Assembly: GCF_006345805.1 (NCBI RefSeq)
Contig: NC_042997.1
Location: 145,452,001-145,516,000, forward strand
Length of the DNA: 64,000 bases
Reading direction: 5' to 3'
Source: Octopus sinensis
Taxonomy: Eukaryota
Shown here: piece by piece, positions 26,671 to 41,665 of the stretch
How the letters are laid out: every line of letters starts with the position of its first letter
Numbering within the stretch: position 1 is the first letter of the stretch
The notes under the pieces: generated by a model
Told to the model about the DNA's origin: nothing
Seen by the model: only the letters and a program-made list of their open reading frames with translations
The model's database searches: none
Program-made: the position numbers and the translations under genes

Positions 26671-27059
26671 CAGAATTATGTTTGATGTATACTTATTTGA
26701 TTATTATTTATGACTCTACATTACGAGTTCGAATTCCACTGGAAATGATTTTTGGTTTTCATTCTTTCTGGTCCTACAAGATTTCGGTGTCGTAAGGTTT
26801 GGAAAGTCTAAGTTGTATGTATGTGTATGGGTGTTTTGTTATTGTTATTGTAGTTTAGTCTCAAGTCAGCACTGAACGGGCTGAATTTTCATCAAAGGTA
26901 TTCGTGCTGTGACCGAATACATTATTTTTAAGTATTCTGTACTTCCATTTTTAAGGTGGTACATAGTTAGAGTTTTCAGTGAATTTGGTTACTATTTCTA
27001 ACAGACTGAACTTCCACGTAGGGGCAGCCACGCTGCCTACTAAACAGACGAACATATGT

Positions 27060-27275
<216 letters not shown>

Positions 27276-29699
27276 GCAGTTGTTCGCCTAGCTAACAGTA
27301 TAGTTTGTGTAGTCTTGGGTTGCCTGTCCTTGACACTAGATCCAGATTAATCTTGGTCAAGCTGACAGCGCCTACAATGGGACCTTGTGTTTGTTTATTC
27401 TCTCAGTGGTGGAGCGGTAATAGCCTAATTGCTTTGTAAACAACAAGGGTGTGTAGGAAACCTTATAAGAAGTCCGGTATGGCACATCTGAAGCGGTCTA
27501 GCGCTTGGGTTGGCATTATTCTAGCAAATACTGCAACCAAACTAGTGCAAAATGTAACTCCGCACTCCTACGAACCACACCTGCAAAGCCGAGAAGGGGG
27601 TGGATTCGGGTGTCTAGGCAACCCAGGTTCACCACACGCCCATCCTAGCAGTGGCGTAGCTTGAGTGTGTGCCGCTCGGAACTGGCTGCCCCCAATGAAG
27701 TACCGTTCTTGCGTCCGCTAGATACACTATTGCATCCCAGACTTATACTTTAGAGAAAATACTTATCTATCAGTGGTGCAAACTCCATTGTCTTACGCGA
27801 GAGACCGCTGCCAAAGCAGGATTCTTCACACAGAGATAAAAAGAAAAAAATCCAGTTGGTCATAGCCGGGTGCTTTTGATTATATGTATAACCTGGAATC
27901 AAACAACATCAACAACAATCCATTCTTTTTTTTTTTGCTCACTGATGAAGAACAAAATCCCGAAACAGACGAACCGCTCCTCATAGTAATTGAATTTATT
28001 TGGTATTTAGACACTTGTTTTGATTAACTATTGTTGACGTGGACCTAGTTGTATCAGATTTCAAAATTGACGTCAGTTGAAATGCTTTATAGTATGTAAT
28101 TGAGTGTGATGTTAGGCGTAATGCATAATGAGTATTACTTTTGTAAACCTGTCAGTCACACCTCTTCAGACGTGGACAGAAGCACTGGTCACCTGATTTA
28201 TTAATTAGCTCTCACTCATGGTTCCCAGAATTCAGCAGTGCACACCGATTGCTATACCAGGGCACTACACCTCACCTAGTGAGCAAAATTAAGTAAGTAT
28301 CAGCAATCTCGTAAGGATTGCTGAAGAGAGGACGTCACTCCTTAAGTGCATAAAGACTGAAAAAGCGGACGAAGCAGTACTCAATATGATCAGTGGCTCA
28401 GAAGGCATGACAGCAGGATGTGTGACGCATCTAGTACACTTTCCTGCTGGAATGCACACTTATGGCCAGCTTCTATGGAAGGGACCGGGACTTTTTTATA
28501 TACAAAATTGCACCCGTAGTAAATGATGGATTTTAGATGGAGATCCTAGCTATCCTAAATGATGAGAGCATTTGGCACTCATCAATTGAGCGATTTAATT
28601 ACAGCCCTTACATCGCAGTTCAAATCTTATAAACATCACATTGTCTTTTATTTTTTCCTAACGTCGATAATATCAGAACCAGTCACGTAATGAGGTCGGC
28701 TAAATCAATTTTGCCGTCTCACCAAATTTTTGGCCAATCATATACCAAGATCAATATTATTAATTACACTAATTCCACTCGCTGAAATTGTGGTCTTCAG
28801 TTTTTAATCTATGTTAGAAATCAATGTGAGTAATTTTGGCTTGTTGTAGTTGTTGTTGTTTGTTCTATCTCGAGCCTTGCCTGGCTCATAAGGACCGGTT
28901 TCTCGGTTTCATTGGCGTATAGGTTCCCCACGTAGACAGGACGAGCAATTTCTGGGTAGGGAGGAAAGTCGATTACATCGACGTCAGTGCTCAAATGGTA
29001 TTTATTTTATTGACCCCGAAAGGATAAAAAGCAAAGTCGACCCCGCTGGAATTTGAACTCAGAATACAACGATTCTTCCAGTTCACCGCCTTATCAACGT
29101 AAATAATATTACTCATTAAAAGGAGGTCGACTTTGCCTCTCATCATTTCGGGGTCGATAAAATAAGTACCAGTTGAAAGTTTTGCATGGGGTCGATGTAA
29201 TCGACACCCTCCTCCCCTAAACTTACTGGCCTTGTGCCAAAATTAGAAACCAATATTATTCATTAAACGTTCGTGATGACAACAGTGGCGGCTCATTGGC
29301 AGAGTCTTTATAGCATCGGGTAGATTGCTTTGCGAGCAAACTTTCTGGCCCTCTTCTCCGTGAGTTGAAATCGTGCCGATATATATATTTTGAATTCTTT
29401 TGGGATACTATAAGTCCTGTACTAAATCGAATCTTTTCATTCCCTCTCCCTCTCCCTTGCTTCCAATCTTCCTGGAAGAAATCGGCTGTAATCAAACCTG
29501 GAGAGGAATGTTTCACCTTGTCTTAAAATACCTAAAATGGTACCCCTACGACACTACCAGGAGTTGAGAGTCCAATGTAAAACAAGTGATGATATTGTTG
29601 TTGTTTAGACTCAAGTCAGATCTGATCAAGCAGATCTATGTAGGTCGGCTTCATCTAATTTGTCTTTTCTTCATTTGTCAACCCATATGATCAAAGGTA

Positions 29700-30130
29700 T
29701 AAGGCGGCGTACTGGCAGAACTGTTAACACGTTGGGGTAAAATGCTTAGCGGCATTTCGCCCTTCTTTACGTTCTGAGTTCAAATTTCACCGAAGCTGAC
29801 TTTGCCGTTCATCCTTCCGGGGTCGATAAAATAAGTACCAGTTGAAAACTGAGGTTGATGCGATCGACTTAACCTACTTGAACAAGACACTTTATTTCAC
29901 GTTGTTCCAGTTCACTCTGCTGTAGAAATGACTTGCGCATCACTAGTGTCGAGGTGTATCGGCCTTTGCCTTTCCCTTGGACAACATTGGTGGCGTGCAG
30001 AGTGGGGACTAGTATTCATGGGCGACTGCTGGTCTTCCATAAACAACCTTGCCCGGACTAGTGCCTCGAAGGGTTAGCGTCTAGGTGCAATCCAATGGTC
30101 ATTCATGACCGAAGCGGAGTCGTTACCCTT
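29700..30130 (+). mobile_element. SINE family A copy fused to the central and 3' part of a second SINE type (family D-like)
   Basis: Family A head and core at 29700-29875, then AACAAGACACTTTATTTCACGTTGTTCCAGTTCACTC, related to the central domain at 40700-40740. Confidence 0.65.
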
Positions 30131-31234
30131 TATTTTAAGGATAGTTTGATATGATAGGAAAAAGACTTTGGCTGCTAATTCTAACAGGTCGATCTATAAC
30201 TCTGATTGGTTTTTAATTACGATGCTTACATTGAAGCTCTGGAGTCACAATGCAATCGCTGTACAACCTTGAAAAAGCAACCAAATCTTGCTGAAATGAC
30301 GCCTTTCCGTTTTTAAAAAATAGAAGGTCACATTAGATAATGTAGTCCTAGATATACAAGAGATAAAAGGCCATGGCTAGAATGCTATTGATCATAAATC
30401 TACTGAAATTTGATTTCAATGGTATATACTCTGTCACTTTCAAGGATCAGCATTCAGTTGTTAGATCAACTGAACCTGTCTGCTCGTTAATTTAATGCAA
30501 AAATAGTTGAGGTTTCTTCTGACATGGGGCAAAATTTTTGCTGAGAAGCTTTAATGTGGTCACCTGATCTGCTAAAATTAGCTACCAAATCTCCCTCAAT
30601 TCTTATCTTACTGACTTAAAAAATAAATGACCCATTCGATAATGTAATCTTATTTATACATATATCTGAGGAAACAAAAACAAACCGGATAATATGATCA
30701 TGGTCGGAATGATTTTAATTATAGAGCTGCTTGGGTCAGCGATGACCGGTGGCTAAACAGCAACAACTGTTCTTATGTGTTTCCTTTCCTTCCTATAAAT
30801 AACAGCCAAATCTCCCTCATATCACAGTCTTTCGTCTTGAATATAATGCACCCTAGATAATCTTAACATGACGGTGTGATCTAAGCTGAACTGTCTTTAA
30901 CCCTTTCGCGTTCAGATAACTCTGTCAAATGTAATGCTTTGTCTTTTATTTTGTTAAATCTTTCAGCCATTTGATTACGCCCATGCTGCAGCACAGACTA
31001 ATAGGGGTTTTAGTGAAAGAAATCGACCCCAGGACTTATTTTTTGTAAGCCTACTACTTATTCTGTCACACACACACACACACACACACAAACATATATA
31101 TAAACATATATATATATAAAGTGGTGAGGACCGAAATCCTTCAAAGGGATGTCAAACATCCAAGTCCGCCGGTACAGTCCAAGTAAAGAATATATATATA
31201 AATATTTATTCAGTATTTGCCAGAACAGTAAATA

Positions 31235-31950
<716 letters not shown>

Positions 31951-32019
31951 TCATATATATATATATATTATATATATATAATATATATATTATATATATA
32001 TATATATTATATATATATA

Positions 32020-32148
32020 TATATGCGCAGGAGTGGGTGTGTGGTAAGTAGCTTGCTCACCAACCACATGGTTCCGGGTTCAGTCTCACTGCGTGGCACA
32101 TTGGGCAAGTGAGTGGATTTGGTAGACGGAAACTGAAGGAAGCCCGTC

Positions 32149-32179
<31 letters not shown>

Positions 32180-32345
32180 TGTGTGCATGTGTGTGTTTGT
32201 ATGTCTGTGTTTGTCCCCCCTCACCATCTCTTGACAACCGATGCTGTTTACGATAGAATAAGTACTGGGGGTCGATTCGTTCGACTAAAGGCAGTGCTCC
32301 AACAAGGCCGCAGTAAATGACTGAAACAAATAAAAGAATAAAAGA
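32020..32345 (+). mobile_element. SINE family B with internal deletions
   Basis: GCGCAGGAGTGGGTGTGTGGTAAGTAGCTTGC head; ACTGAAACAAATAAAAGAATAAAAGAATA tail. Confidence 0.8.
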
Positions 32346-32360
32346 ATATATATATATATA

Positions 32361-32776
32361 TCCGCTCAGTCGAAATCGACTCTCGGTTACTCGTTCGATC
32401 AGTATCTTCCAGTCAGTTCTATCCTGGGCCGCTTCTTTCAGATGTCCATTCCGGTATCACTCTTGATGGTGTCAAGCCAGCGGGTTCTTGGTCGGCCTCT
32501 TCCTCTCTTGCCACTGACCATTCCGAGCATGATGTCCTTCTCCAGGAATTTTCTCCGCATAATATGACCGAAATGTGCCAATCTATGCTTGGTGATCCTA
32601 GCTTCCAGCGACATTTTCGGCCTGATCTGCTTAAGAACTTCTCCATTGGTGAGCCTTGCTGTCCATGGAGTCCGTAAAAGTCTTCTCCAACACCAAAGTT
32701 CGAATGCATCAATTTTCTTCTGGTCAGCTTTCTTTAGTATCCAGGTCTCGCATCCATATGTTGCTATTGGGAAGAC
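32361..32776 (-). mobile_element. RTE (BovB-like) LINE 3' fragment
   Basis: Manual translation VFPIATYGCETWILKKADQKKIDAFELWCWRRLLRTPWTARLTNGEVL...FGHIMRRKFLEKDIMLGMVSGKRGRGRPRTRWLD. Confidence 0.9.
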
Positions 32777-33614
32777 AATATATATATATATGACGGGTTT
32801 CTTTCAGTTTCTACCAAATCCACTCACAAGGCTTTGGTCCGCCTGAGGCAATAGTAGAAGACACTTGCCTAAGGTGCCACGCAGTGAGACTGAACTCGGA
32901 ACCATGTGGTTGGGAAGCAAGATTCTTACCATATAGCCACGACTGTTTTCAAATAACCTTGCATTATCTCCATAACTTTGAAAATTTGATGATTTTCTTC
33001 TTTATCTTTAAAATGACATTGTAGGATAGGTGTGAGAGGCTAGATCTGGCTAGTTTGAACATGAATCATGTTGAGAATTTTGTGATGGCTATGATAGGTT
33101 CAAATACTAAAGCGCTAATTATATGTCATCTCAAGGAGGGTTGTCCTAGAGTAAAACAACGAAACAATAAGAGTTGTTAGAGATATTTGGACAGAGTCAG
33201 ATAATGGATCGATTTTACTCTTGAAAGACTGTGCTCACGCGTTGGCCAGTCTTCATTAGACTTTTCAAGCTTTCACATACTACATAATTTTGCTTTTTGA
33301 CTCTTCGCAGTGCAAATTGTTGTAATAAATTGTCAGAAACTTTCTAATAACACCTACGTTGTCAGTAAACTTAATGTGTTAAGTTTTCCCGGAAGCTGAA
33401 ATACTTTAAGAAGCTTAAAATTTACAACCACCCACCTACACCCAGACAAGAAGGAACATGATTATGTCATTAATATTAAATTCAATTTGTACAATTGAGG
33501 GCGTTTAATAGCTAATACACGCGACGCATATGTGACGTATTTAGGAAGTAATATATATATGGCACACATTTAACGAAAACGCACAAAATATGTGTCGAAA
33601 GTCAATGAATAAAT

Positions 33615-35520
33615 AATCCTTTCTATTATAGGCACAAGGCCTGACATTTTTGGCAGGAGTGGGGCAGTCGATTAGATCGACTGCAGTACACAACTTGTAC
33701 TTAATTTATCGACCCTGAAAGGATGAGAGGAATAGTTGACCTCGGCAGAATTTGAACTCGGAATATAGTGACGTTCAAAAATATCGCTAAGCATTTCACC
33801 CGGCGTGCTAACGATTTTACCAGCTCGCCACCTTCAAGTCAATGAACAAATAATAAAAATGGTCTAAAATTTTGGCTCAAGGCTAGCAAGTTTAGGAAAG
33901 GTGGATGGTTAGTACACCCATTGCATAACTAGTACTTATTTTATTGACTCGAAAAGGACGAAGGGCAAATTCATCAGCGAAACTTGAATTCAGGGCGTTG
34001 AAGAGCCGGAATAAATACCGCTGAGCATTTTGTCCGATACACTAATGATTCATTATTCATTATTATCATTCATTAAGACTATGACGGCGAGCTGGCAGAA
34101 ACGTTAGCACGCCGGGCGAAATGCGTAAACGTATTTCGTCTGCCGTTACGTTCTGAGTTCAAATTCCGCCGGGGTCGACTTTGCCTTTCATCCTTTCGGG
34201 GTCAATAAATTAAGTACAAGTTACGCACTGGGGCCGATGTAATCGACTTAATCCGTTTGTCCGTCCTTGCTTGTCCCCTCTGTGTTTAGCCCCTTGTGGG
34301 TAGTAAGGAAATAGGTATTTCGCCCGTCGCTACGTTCTGAGTTAAAATATCGCCGAGGTCGGCTTTGCCTTTCATTCTTTGGGGTCGATTAAATAAGTAC
34401 CAGTTACGCACTGGGGTTGATATAATCGACTTAATCCCCTCCTGTAAGTTGCCCTTGTGGCAAAAATTTGTAAACATTATTCATTAAGAATAAGGCGGTG
34501 AGCTGGCAGAATCGTTAACACATCGGACAAAGTGCTCAGCGGTATTTCGTCCGTCCTTATGTTCTGAGTTCAAATATTGCCGAGGTCGTCTTTACCTTAT
34601 GGGGTCGATCAAATAAGTACCAGTTGAACACTGGAGTTGATGTGATCGACTTAACCCCTCCCCTGAAATTGCTGGTCTTGTGCCAAATTTTGAAATCATT
34701 ATTCATTAAGACTCATCACATTAACAAATAATAATTTTCGTTCTACAATATGCACAAAGCCTAAAATGTTTGTGGTAGCCGGGCTACTCAATAACATCGG
34801 CCCCCTGCCGCCAAATTTCGGGTCTTGTGCCTTGAGTAGAAAAGAATAATGATAATAATCCTTTTTAAGGCGGCGAGCTGGCAGAATCGTTAGCACGCGG
34901 GGCGAAATGCTTAGCGGTATTTCGTCTGCCGTTACGTTGTGAGTTCAAATTCCGCCGAGGTCGACTTTGCCTTTCATCCTTTCGGGGTCGATAAATTAAG
35001 TACCAGTTACGCACTGGGGTCGATGTGATCGACATAATACCTATGTCTGTCCTTGTTTGTCCCCTCTATGTTTAGCCCCTTGTGGGTAATAAAGAAATAG
35101 GTATTTCGTCTGCCGTTACGTTGTGAGTTAAAATTCCGCTGAGGTCGACTTTGCCTTTCATCCTTTCGGGGTCGATTAAATAAGTACCAGTTACGCACTG
35201 GGGTCGATATAATCGACTTAATCCATTTGTCTGTTCTTGTTTGTCCCCTCTTGTAGGCAGTAAAGAAACAGGTATTTCGTCTGCCGTTACGTTCTGAGTT
35301 CAAATTCCGCCGAGGTCGACTTTTCCTTTCATCCTTTCGGGGTCGATAGATTAAGTACCAGTTGCGTATTGTACGTAATGGAGTCGATCTAATCGACTGG
35401 CTTTCTCCCCCAAAATTTCGGGCCTTGTGCCTAGAGTAGAAAAGACTAATCCTTTCTACTATAGGCACAAGTATAGGCCTGAAATTTTGGAGTAAGGGAC
35501 TAGTCGATTACATAGACCCC
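33615..35520. mobile_element. Dense cluster of SINE family A copies, including a dimer (34085-34470) and a trimer (34868-35445)
   Basis: Multiple family A cores in both orientations; tail-to-tail type ii ends at about 35400-35500. Confidence 0.8.
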
Positions 35521-35874
35521 ATTGCTCGCCTGGTACTTATTTTATCCTTTGCCGAACCGCTGGTTCTTTTACTTCGAATTTTAAAATCTACTCTTTCGAA
35601 TATTTTCTCTCTGAATCTTCACTTAAAAAAAGTGGTTTGACCTAGAGGAAGGAGTTGTGTTTATGGCCTTTGCATACCGTCCAACACATGTGAGATCGAT
35701 GCAGTTGATTTTTTTTTATTAGCTAGAAGACCACGACCCCCAGGAGAAAAAAAATCAAAATAAACATAGAGAGGGTGGGATCCCAAGAGACTGATCTTCG
35801 GAGGAGGAAGGACTGGGGTTATTGTATAATGTAGGTAGGTCCTTGTAGGTAGACAGTATATGGAAAGGTGAAAG

Positions 35875-36185
35875 CAGGCGAGCTGGCAGAATCGTTAGCA
35901 CGCCGAGAAAAATGCTTAGCGGTATTTCGCAGAGATCGGCTTTGCCTTTCATCCTTTAGAGGTCGATAAATTAAGTACCAGTTACGCACAGGGGTCGATG
36001 TAATCGACTTAATCCGTTTGTCTGTCCTTGTTTGTCCTCTTTGTGTTTGGCCCCTTGTGGGTAGTAACGAAATAGGTATTTCGTACGTCTTTACGTTTTG
36101 AGTTCAAATTTCATCGAGGTCGACTTTGCTTTTCATCCTTTCGGAGTTGATAAAAGATGTACCAGTTGAGCACTGGGGTCGAAAC
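35875..36185 (+). mobile_element. SINE family A dimer, partly deleted
   Basis: Junction AACGAAATA|GGTATTTCG at about 36066-36083. Confidence 0.75.
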
Positions 36186-36279
36186 CATATATTGATACCA
36201 AAATTTGAAACCCAATATATGTACAGGTGAGAATAAGAAAGAGACGACCGAATCAGGAATGCTTAAGTGTTTGTAGCAC

Positions 36280-36590
36280 GTGGCCAATAAGCTCCACCGT
36301 GTAGAAATCTCTATAGAAGTAATAAAAAATGCAAAATAAGGAAACAACACGTCTGTGGGCCAATGACTAAAGCGGTTTCATATTAGTCAGACGAGCGGCC
36401 ATCCATTGGATGTAATCTAAGTGTTTTATGCATAGTAGCATCATTTTTCCAGCTACAGAGAAGCACTTCATTGTCAGTCGCCCCGTTAGAAGCTAGAAAT
36501 CTTTTCTGGTTCCAATGAGGAAGGCCATTCTTTATCATGCTGCTTTCTGATTATAGTTCGGTGCTGTTGAAGAAGACTAGATTATTATGT
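36280..36590 (-). pseudogene. Decayed CR1/Jockey-group LINE post-RT fragment
   Basis: HLDYIQWMAARLTNMKPL*SLAHRRVVSLFCIFYYFYRDFYTVEL resembles the LD-x-IQ-x-x-A-x-RL...SL-x-HRR-x-V region. Confidence 0.5.
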
Positions 36591-36699
36591 CCATGTTGAA
36601 TGAACGTTGTTGCAGTTGTTTAGCCTCGTATTAACCATGAACTTACAGACATATGACAAGAGAAGGCCATGGCTGGGTATATCTTTTATCTTTTACGTG

Positions 36700-37095
36700 T
36701 TTCGATCATTGGACTGCGGCCATGCTGGGGCACCTCCTTCATGGGTTTATTCGAACAAATCGAACCTAGAACTTTTTAAAGTCTAGAACTTATTTTAACG
36801 TTCTCTTTTGCCGAAACGCTAATTTAAAAAACCGTAAAAGAAAATCAACATCGGTTGTCAAGCAGTTGTTAGGGGGAGGCACAAACACAAAGACACACGT
36901 ACATATACATAGATACATATATATATGCGTACGATGCGATTCCTCGGAGTTTCCTTCTACCAAATTCACTCTCAAGGTATTGGTCGACCGGGGAAATTAT
37001 AGAAGACACTTGGCGAATGTGCCACACGGTAATACCGATCCTGATATCACATGGCTGCAAAGCGAGTTCTAAGCCACACAGCCATGCCTGCGCCT
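36700..37095 (-). mobile_element. SINE family B, decayed
   Basis: CATCGGTTGTCAAGC, TCTACCAAATTCACTCTCAAGG, GCCACACAGCCATGCCTGCGCCT. Confidence 0.75.
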
Positions 37096-37207
37096 CTTTT
37101 TCTTACATAGTTTATCTAGAACTACATTTTTCAATATACACTTTGGAAGGATATGACATGGTGGAGGTGTGGTTGCTATTTCTAGCATTTGGAGCGACCG
37201 CTTTGAG

Positions 37208-37417
37208 CAGTGGTTTTCAACAGAGGTCCATATGACCCATGTGGGCCATATAAGATTCTGTTGTTAAAGTTTATCTGCAATATATTTTGACAATTTTTAT
37301 TGAACAATTTCTAATAATTACGAAAATATGATTTTTTTTAAACGTCGAATGGCTAAGAGGGTCAATCCGAGTAAAACAGCAATCAAAGGGGTCTATAGTT
37401 AAAAAGTGAGACCACTG
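37208..37417. mobile_element. hAT-like MITE
   Basis: Imperfect TIRs CAGTGGTTTTCA / TGAGACCACTG; TSD poorly conserved. Confidence 0.5.
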
Positions 37418-38061
37418 GTTAAGAGACTGACTTTTTGGCTCATATTGAATAGGTTATCTCCTGTATTGATATAAAAGCAACGCAGATCAGTCCCAAGACA
37501 AGAAGTCTAAGTGTCGATGACATTGAGGTGCGGTAGATTAAAAAGACTTGTTCCTGTTGTTTAGCTCCAGGTCATTGTTAGTCTTTATCTTTTATCGTTG
37601 ATTTGTTTCGTTCACTAGACTGCTACCTTTCAGCTTTCACCACATGACTTCATACGCAGTTTCTTAAGATTACCTCCCCCTTATCAGGACCGTGTGCATA
37701 TGTTCTCTTGTTAGCGTTTCAGTAGCAACATAGAAAATTGATAGTGCAAGGCTGCTAACCCTACACCTACCACCCTACTTCTTTCTCAACCGGGCTTAGG
37801 ACGGAAAAGTTGATCTCGGTGGAATTTAAACTCATAAACAAAAGAGTCGGAATAATTAACGCAAAACCTTTTGTCCGATGCTCTTGGGTGTTTTAAGCCC
37901 ATTCCACAGTCGATTTCTTTCAGAAAGAAAGGAGCAGCGAGAGAAAAACGAAACGAGATGAGACAACGAAGATTAATTAATTAATATAGTAGATTGGTTC
38001 TTTATTAACCGACGTCGAAAGGCAAAGTTAATCTTAGTTGGATTTCGTAGATACGCTAAAG

Positions 38062-38389
38062 CAGGGGTTCTCAACCACTTTTCATCTACGGACTCCTTTG
38101 ATTGTTATTTCATTCTGGTTGACCTCCATAGCTATTTGATGTTTAAAAACAAGTTTTATAGAAACCTCTTTCAAAGTTCCTATTTTGTTTTTCATATGTT
38201 AACTTGTGTAGGTTGAACTATGTAAAATGTTAAAGAAAGAAACCTAGCTATTTCTTGCCAAACATACTAATACATACATCTAAAGCAAAATATTTTTATG
38301 GGGCTCTTAAAATAGTATTGCAGATACCCAAATCACTATTTTGTTGTCGGACACTCAGGGGTCTTATGGACCCCAATTGAGAACCAGTG
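38062..38389. mobile_element. hAT (Charlie-like) MITE
   Basis: TIRs CAGGGGTTCTCAA / TTGAGAACCAGTG; 8-bp flanks CGCTAAAG / CTCTAAAC. Confidence 0.6.
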
Positions 38390-39319
38390 CTCTAAACATT
38401 CGCCCAGTTCTATTGCCTTGTCTATGAAGTGTATTTTCTTGGACCAGATCATCGGATGTTCTTAATCTTATCACAACGCTCTTCTGCTCATTACTTACAC
38501 GTTCCTCTTCCATTTGAGCCTTAAAATTTCAGTGGTGTAGCTAGACTATGTCACCCGGGACCGCTTTCGAGTTTGCTGCCCTTATCCGGGTCCCCAAGCC
38601 TATAACAGGCTTATACAGCAGATTTTAAAGTGCCGCTCTCACAAAGCGTCGCCGTGAGTAGACCTCCCCTCCCCAGCTATGTTATTGGAATTGCTTAACT
38701 GTCACGATATCCAAGATCAGTTCCTCACAGGCACAAAAGCTGCAATAACTGTTCAATAAATATGGTGATGAGGTACATATCTTGGGAGGTTGATTCAGGA
38801 CATTTAGTCACGAAAATGGGAAAACATATATTCATTCATTAATTTGGTTGCTATTTCTAGCAGCTTCAGTGACTAAATAGAAGACTCCGTCAATGGAGCC
38901 TCTACATGGTAAGCTCACTGCATTGCTTAATAAGCAGTGGTTTATGTAAATGTAGTTATATCAAGTGATAACAATAGTTGGGTGTTGTCTCAGTATAAAG
39001 TATTGTGCAGATTACAACAGCCAACGTTAATTGACCAATACGGGTTACATGAAAGAGAGGGAGAGGCGGGAGGTAGAGGTGGAAGAGGAGGAGGAGGAGA
39101 TGGAGGAGGAGGAGACAGAGATAGTTATTAAATAACAGGCCGTTTTGTCTGCTATGAAATTCGTTATCTGATACAGATAATAAAAGCTTGTGAATATCTG
39201 GAGACACGAGCTGTTTGGTTAAACGATTTAACTAGGTTGAATGAAAAACAAGAATAAGAAAACTTGCTTTGTTGTGTTTCATTTACGGGCGTAGACACGA
39301 GTCCTGTGAGCGTGCGTAT

Positions 39320-39333
39320 GTTTGTGTGTGTTA

Positions 39334-39365
<32 letters not shown>

Positions 39366-39502
39366 GTGTGTGTGTGTGCGTGTGTGTGTGCGTGCGTGTG
39401 TCTGTGTCTGTGTGCGTGAGCGAACGCGTATGAGTGTGTATATATATATGTGTGCACAACTAATTGAAATATACGTATGTATATATTTCTGTCTCCATCT
39501 CT

Positions 39503-39546
<44 letters not shown>

Positions 39547-39604
39547 TTATATATACATATATATGTACATATATATATATGTATACAAATATATACCTAT
39601 ATAT

Positions 39605-39672
<68 letters not shown>

Positions 39673-39722
39673 TATACATATATATATGTATATATATATA
39701 TATAGATATATATATATGTATG

Positions 39723-39777
<55 letters not shown>
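39320..39777. repeat. (GT)n and long (TA)n microsatellites
   Basis: Direct reading. Confidence 0.95.
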
Positions 39778-39779
<2 letters not shown>

Positions 39780-40414
39780 CACAATCAAGGAACGGCCATT
39801 ATAGGCCATTCACCCACTAGAAATAACAGCCAAAGCTTCAACCGCAAAATAACATTAATTCCGTAAACCAGGAGAATTCTACAAAATTCTACAAAATTCT
39901 ACAAAATTTTTTGCCACCCTATATTGATTAATTATGAATTTTCTGGTTAATTCCGTAATGGAATAGGCGGCTTATATTTATTTGCTGCCGATAAATTTGG
40001 CGCGAGTGCGATGATTTGAAAATTTTAGGTCAGATATTGCCGAGGCAGGGACAGAAATGCCTCGTGAAAATATCTGTTCCGATCTGGCTATTTCTTACTG
40101 ACGATTCTAAGGGCCTATGGAAGATTGGCTTGATTTAATTTAATCAGGTTAGTTTACCATTAAACAGTAGATGAAACGGTGCATCGTATAAGAAATTACA
40201 GGGTAAATGTTTTTTAATTTTCTCCTGGTTTACGGAATTAATGTTATTTTGCGGTTGAAGCTTGGCTGTTATTTCTAGTGGGTGAATGGCCTATTATGGC
40301 CGTTCCTTGATTGTGATGTTGAACTTAAAAATGGTCTATGACTATTTAATTTTTTCCCACTAGGCCGCTGGTGGCAAAAAAATTCTCCAAAATTTTTTGC
40401 CACCCTATATTGAT

Positions 40415-40418
<4 letters not shown>
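39778..40418. repeat. Rearranged DNA-transposon-like segment with about 99-bp inverted repeats
   Basis: 39778-39876 is the reverse complement of 40220-40317. TTTTTTGCCACCCTATATTGATTAA occurs twice as a direct repeat. Confidence 0.7.
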
Positions 40419-40481
<63 letters not shown>

Positions 40482-40494
40482 ATATATATATACA

Positions 40495-40814
40495 GGAGCA
40501 CTGTCGTTACGACGACGAGGGTCCCAGCTGATACGACCAACGGAACAGCTTGCTCGTGGAAATTAACGTTCAAGTGGCTGAGCACTCCACAGACACGTGT
40601 ATCCTTAACGTAGTTCTCAGGGAGATTCAGCATGACACATAGTGTAACAAGCCTGGTCCCTTTTGAATTACAAGTACTACTCATTTTTGCCAGCTGAGTG
40701 GACGGGAGCAATGTGAAATAAAGTGTCTTGCTCAAGGACACAATGCGTCGTCGGGAATTGAACTCACAACCTTACGATCGTGAGCCGAATGACCTAACCA
40801 CTAAGCCACGCGCC

Positions 40815-40817
<3 letters not shown>
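40495..40817 (-). mobile_element. SINE family D (tRNA-derived head, conserved central-type domain)
   Basis: Minus strand GTGAAGGCGCGTGGCTTAGTGGTTAGG...GAGTTCAATTCCCG...GTGTCCTTGAGCAAGACACTTTATTTCAC. Confidence 0.8.
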
Positions 40818-40888
<71 letters not shown>

Positions 40889-41369
40889 CATACATGCATA
40901 CATACACACACATACATACATACATACATACATACATACATACATACATACATACATACATACAATCTACGTGTTTCTGTGATTATCAATGTAAAAATAG
41001 CTGTGTCAAAAAGAGGTAACCTAGCATGTCGATGAAAATATATCGATAAAATAAAAACCACCAGTTTGTAACAGATTCTGGCGTAGATATGATAGGTTAA
41101 AACTTGTTGAAGATGTTACCATACAATGGCCGCCATTCTATGACTGGAACTTTCTACAAAAGCATAATGTCTAAGATTTTGAGGGGCGGGGGTAGTCGCT
41201 TTCTTGGTTCCCAGTGCTTTGCTGGTATATATATCATCAACCGCCCAAAGGTGGGTAAAAAAAATCGAAAACTCGAACTAGGTGAGATTTGAACTCAGAA
41301 CGTCTGACTAACGAAAATGTCGCTAAGAATTTTGTTCTCCGAGTTTATGATTCTGTCAGCTTGCCGTCT

Positions 41370-41665
41370 TATGGTTGTTGTTTGTTCCTTCAAGAGCCAG
41401 GCTTGGCTTACAAGGGCCGGTTTTCCCGGTTTCATTGGAGTATAGGTTTCCCATCTGGACGGGACGTCAGAACGTCGCAGGTGAGCTGCTAGACGCAGGA
41501 GGAAAGAGTGAACGTTTTGGTGAAAGAGTCAGTAGCAGTTCGCCATTACCTTCTGCCGGAGCCGCGTGGATCTTTCGCTCGTAAACACACACATCGCCCT
41601 GTCTGAGATTCCAATCCGCGATCCCTCGACACGAGTCCACTGCTCTAACCACTAGGCCATGTGCC
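41370..41665 (-). mobile_element. SINE family C
   Basis: Shares CTTCGCCATTACCTTCTGCCGGAGCCG and GCTCTAACCACTAGGCCA with 46110-46316. Confidence 0.75.

Noticed and set aside
27942-27975. Hammerhead candidate CTGATGAAG...CCCGAAAC
   Set aside because: The core is present, but I could not form stems I, II or III. At most a heavily decayed copy.
30897-30945. piggyBac-like terminus (TTAA-CCCTTT)
   Set aside because: No matching opposite end or transposase found, so not listed as a feature.
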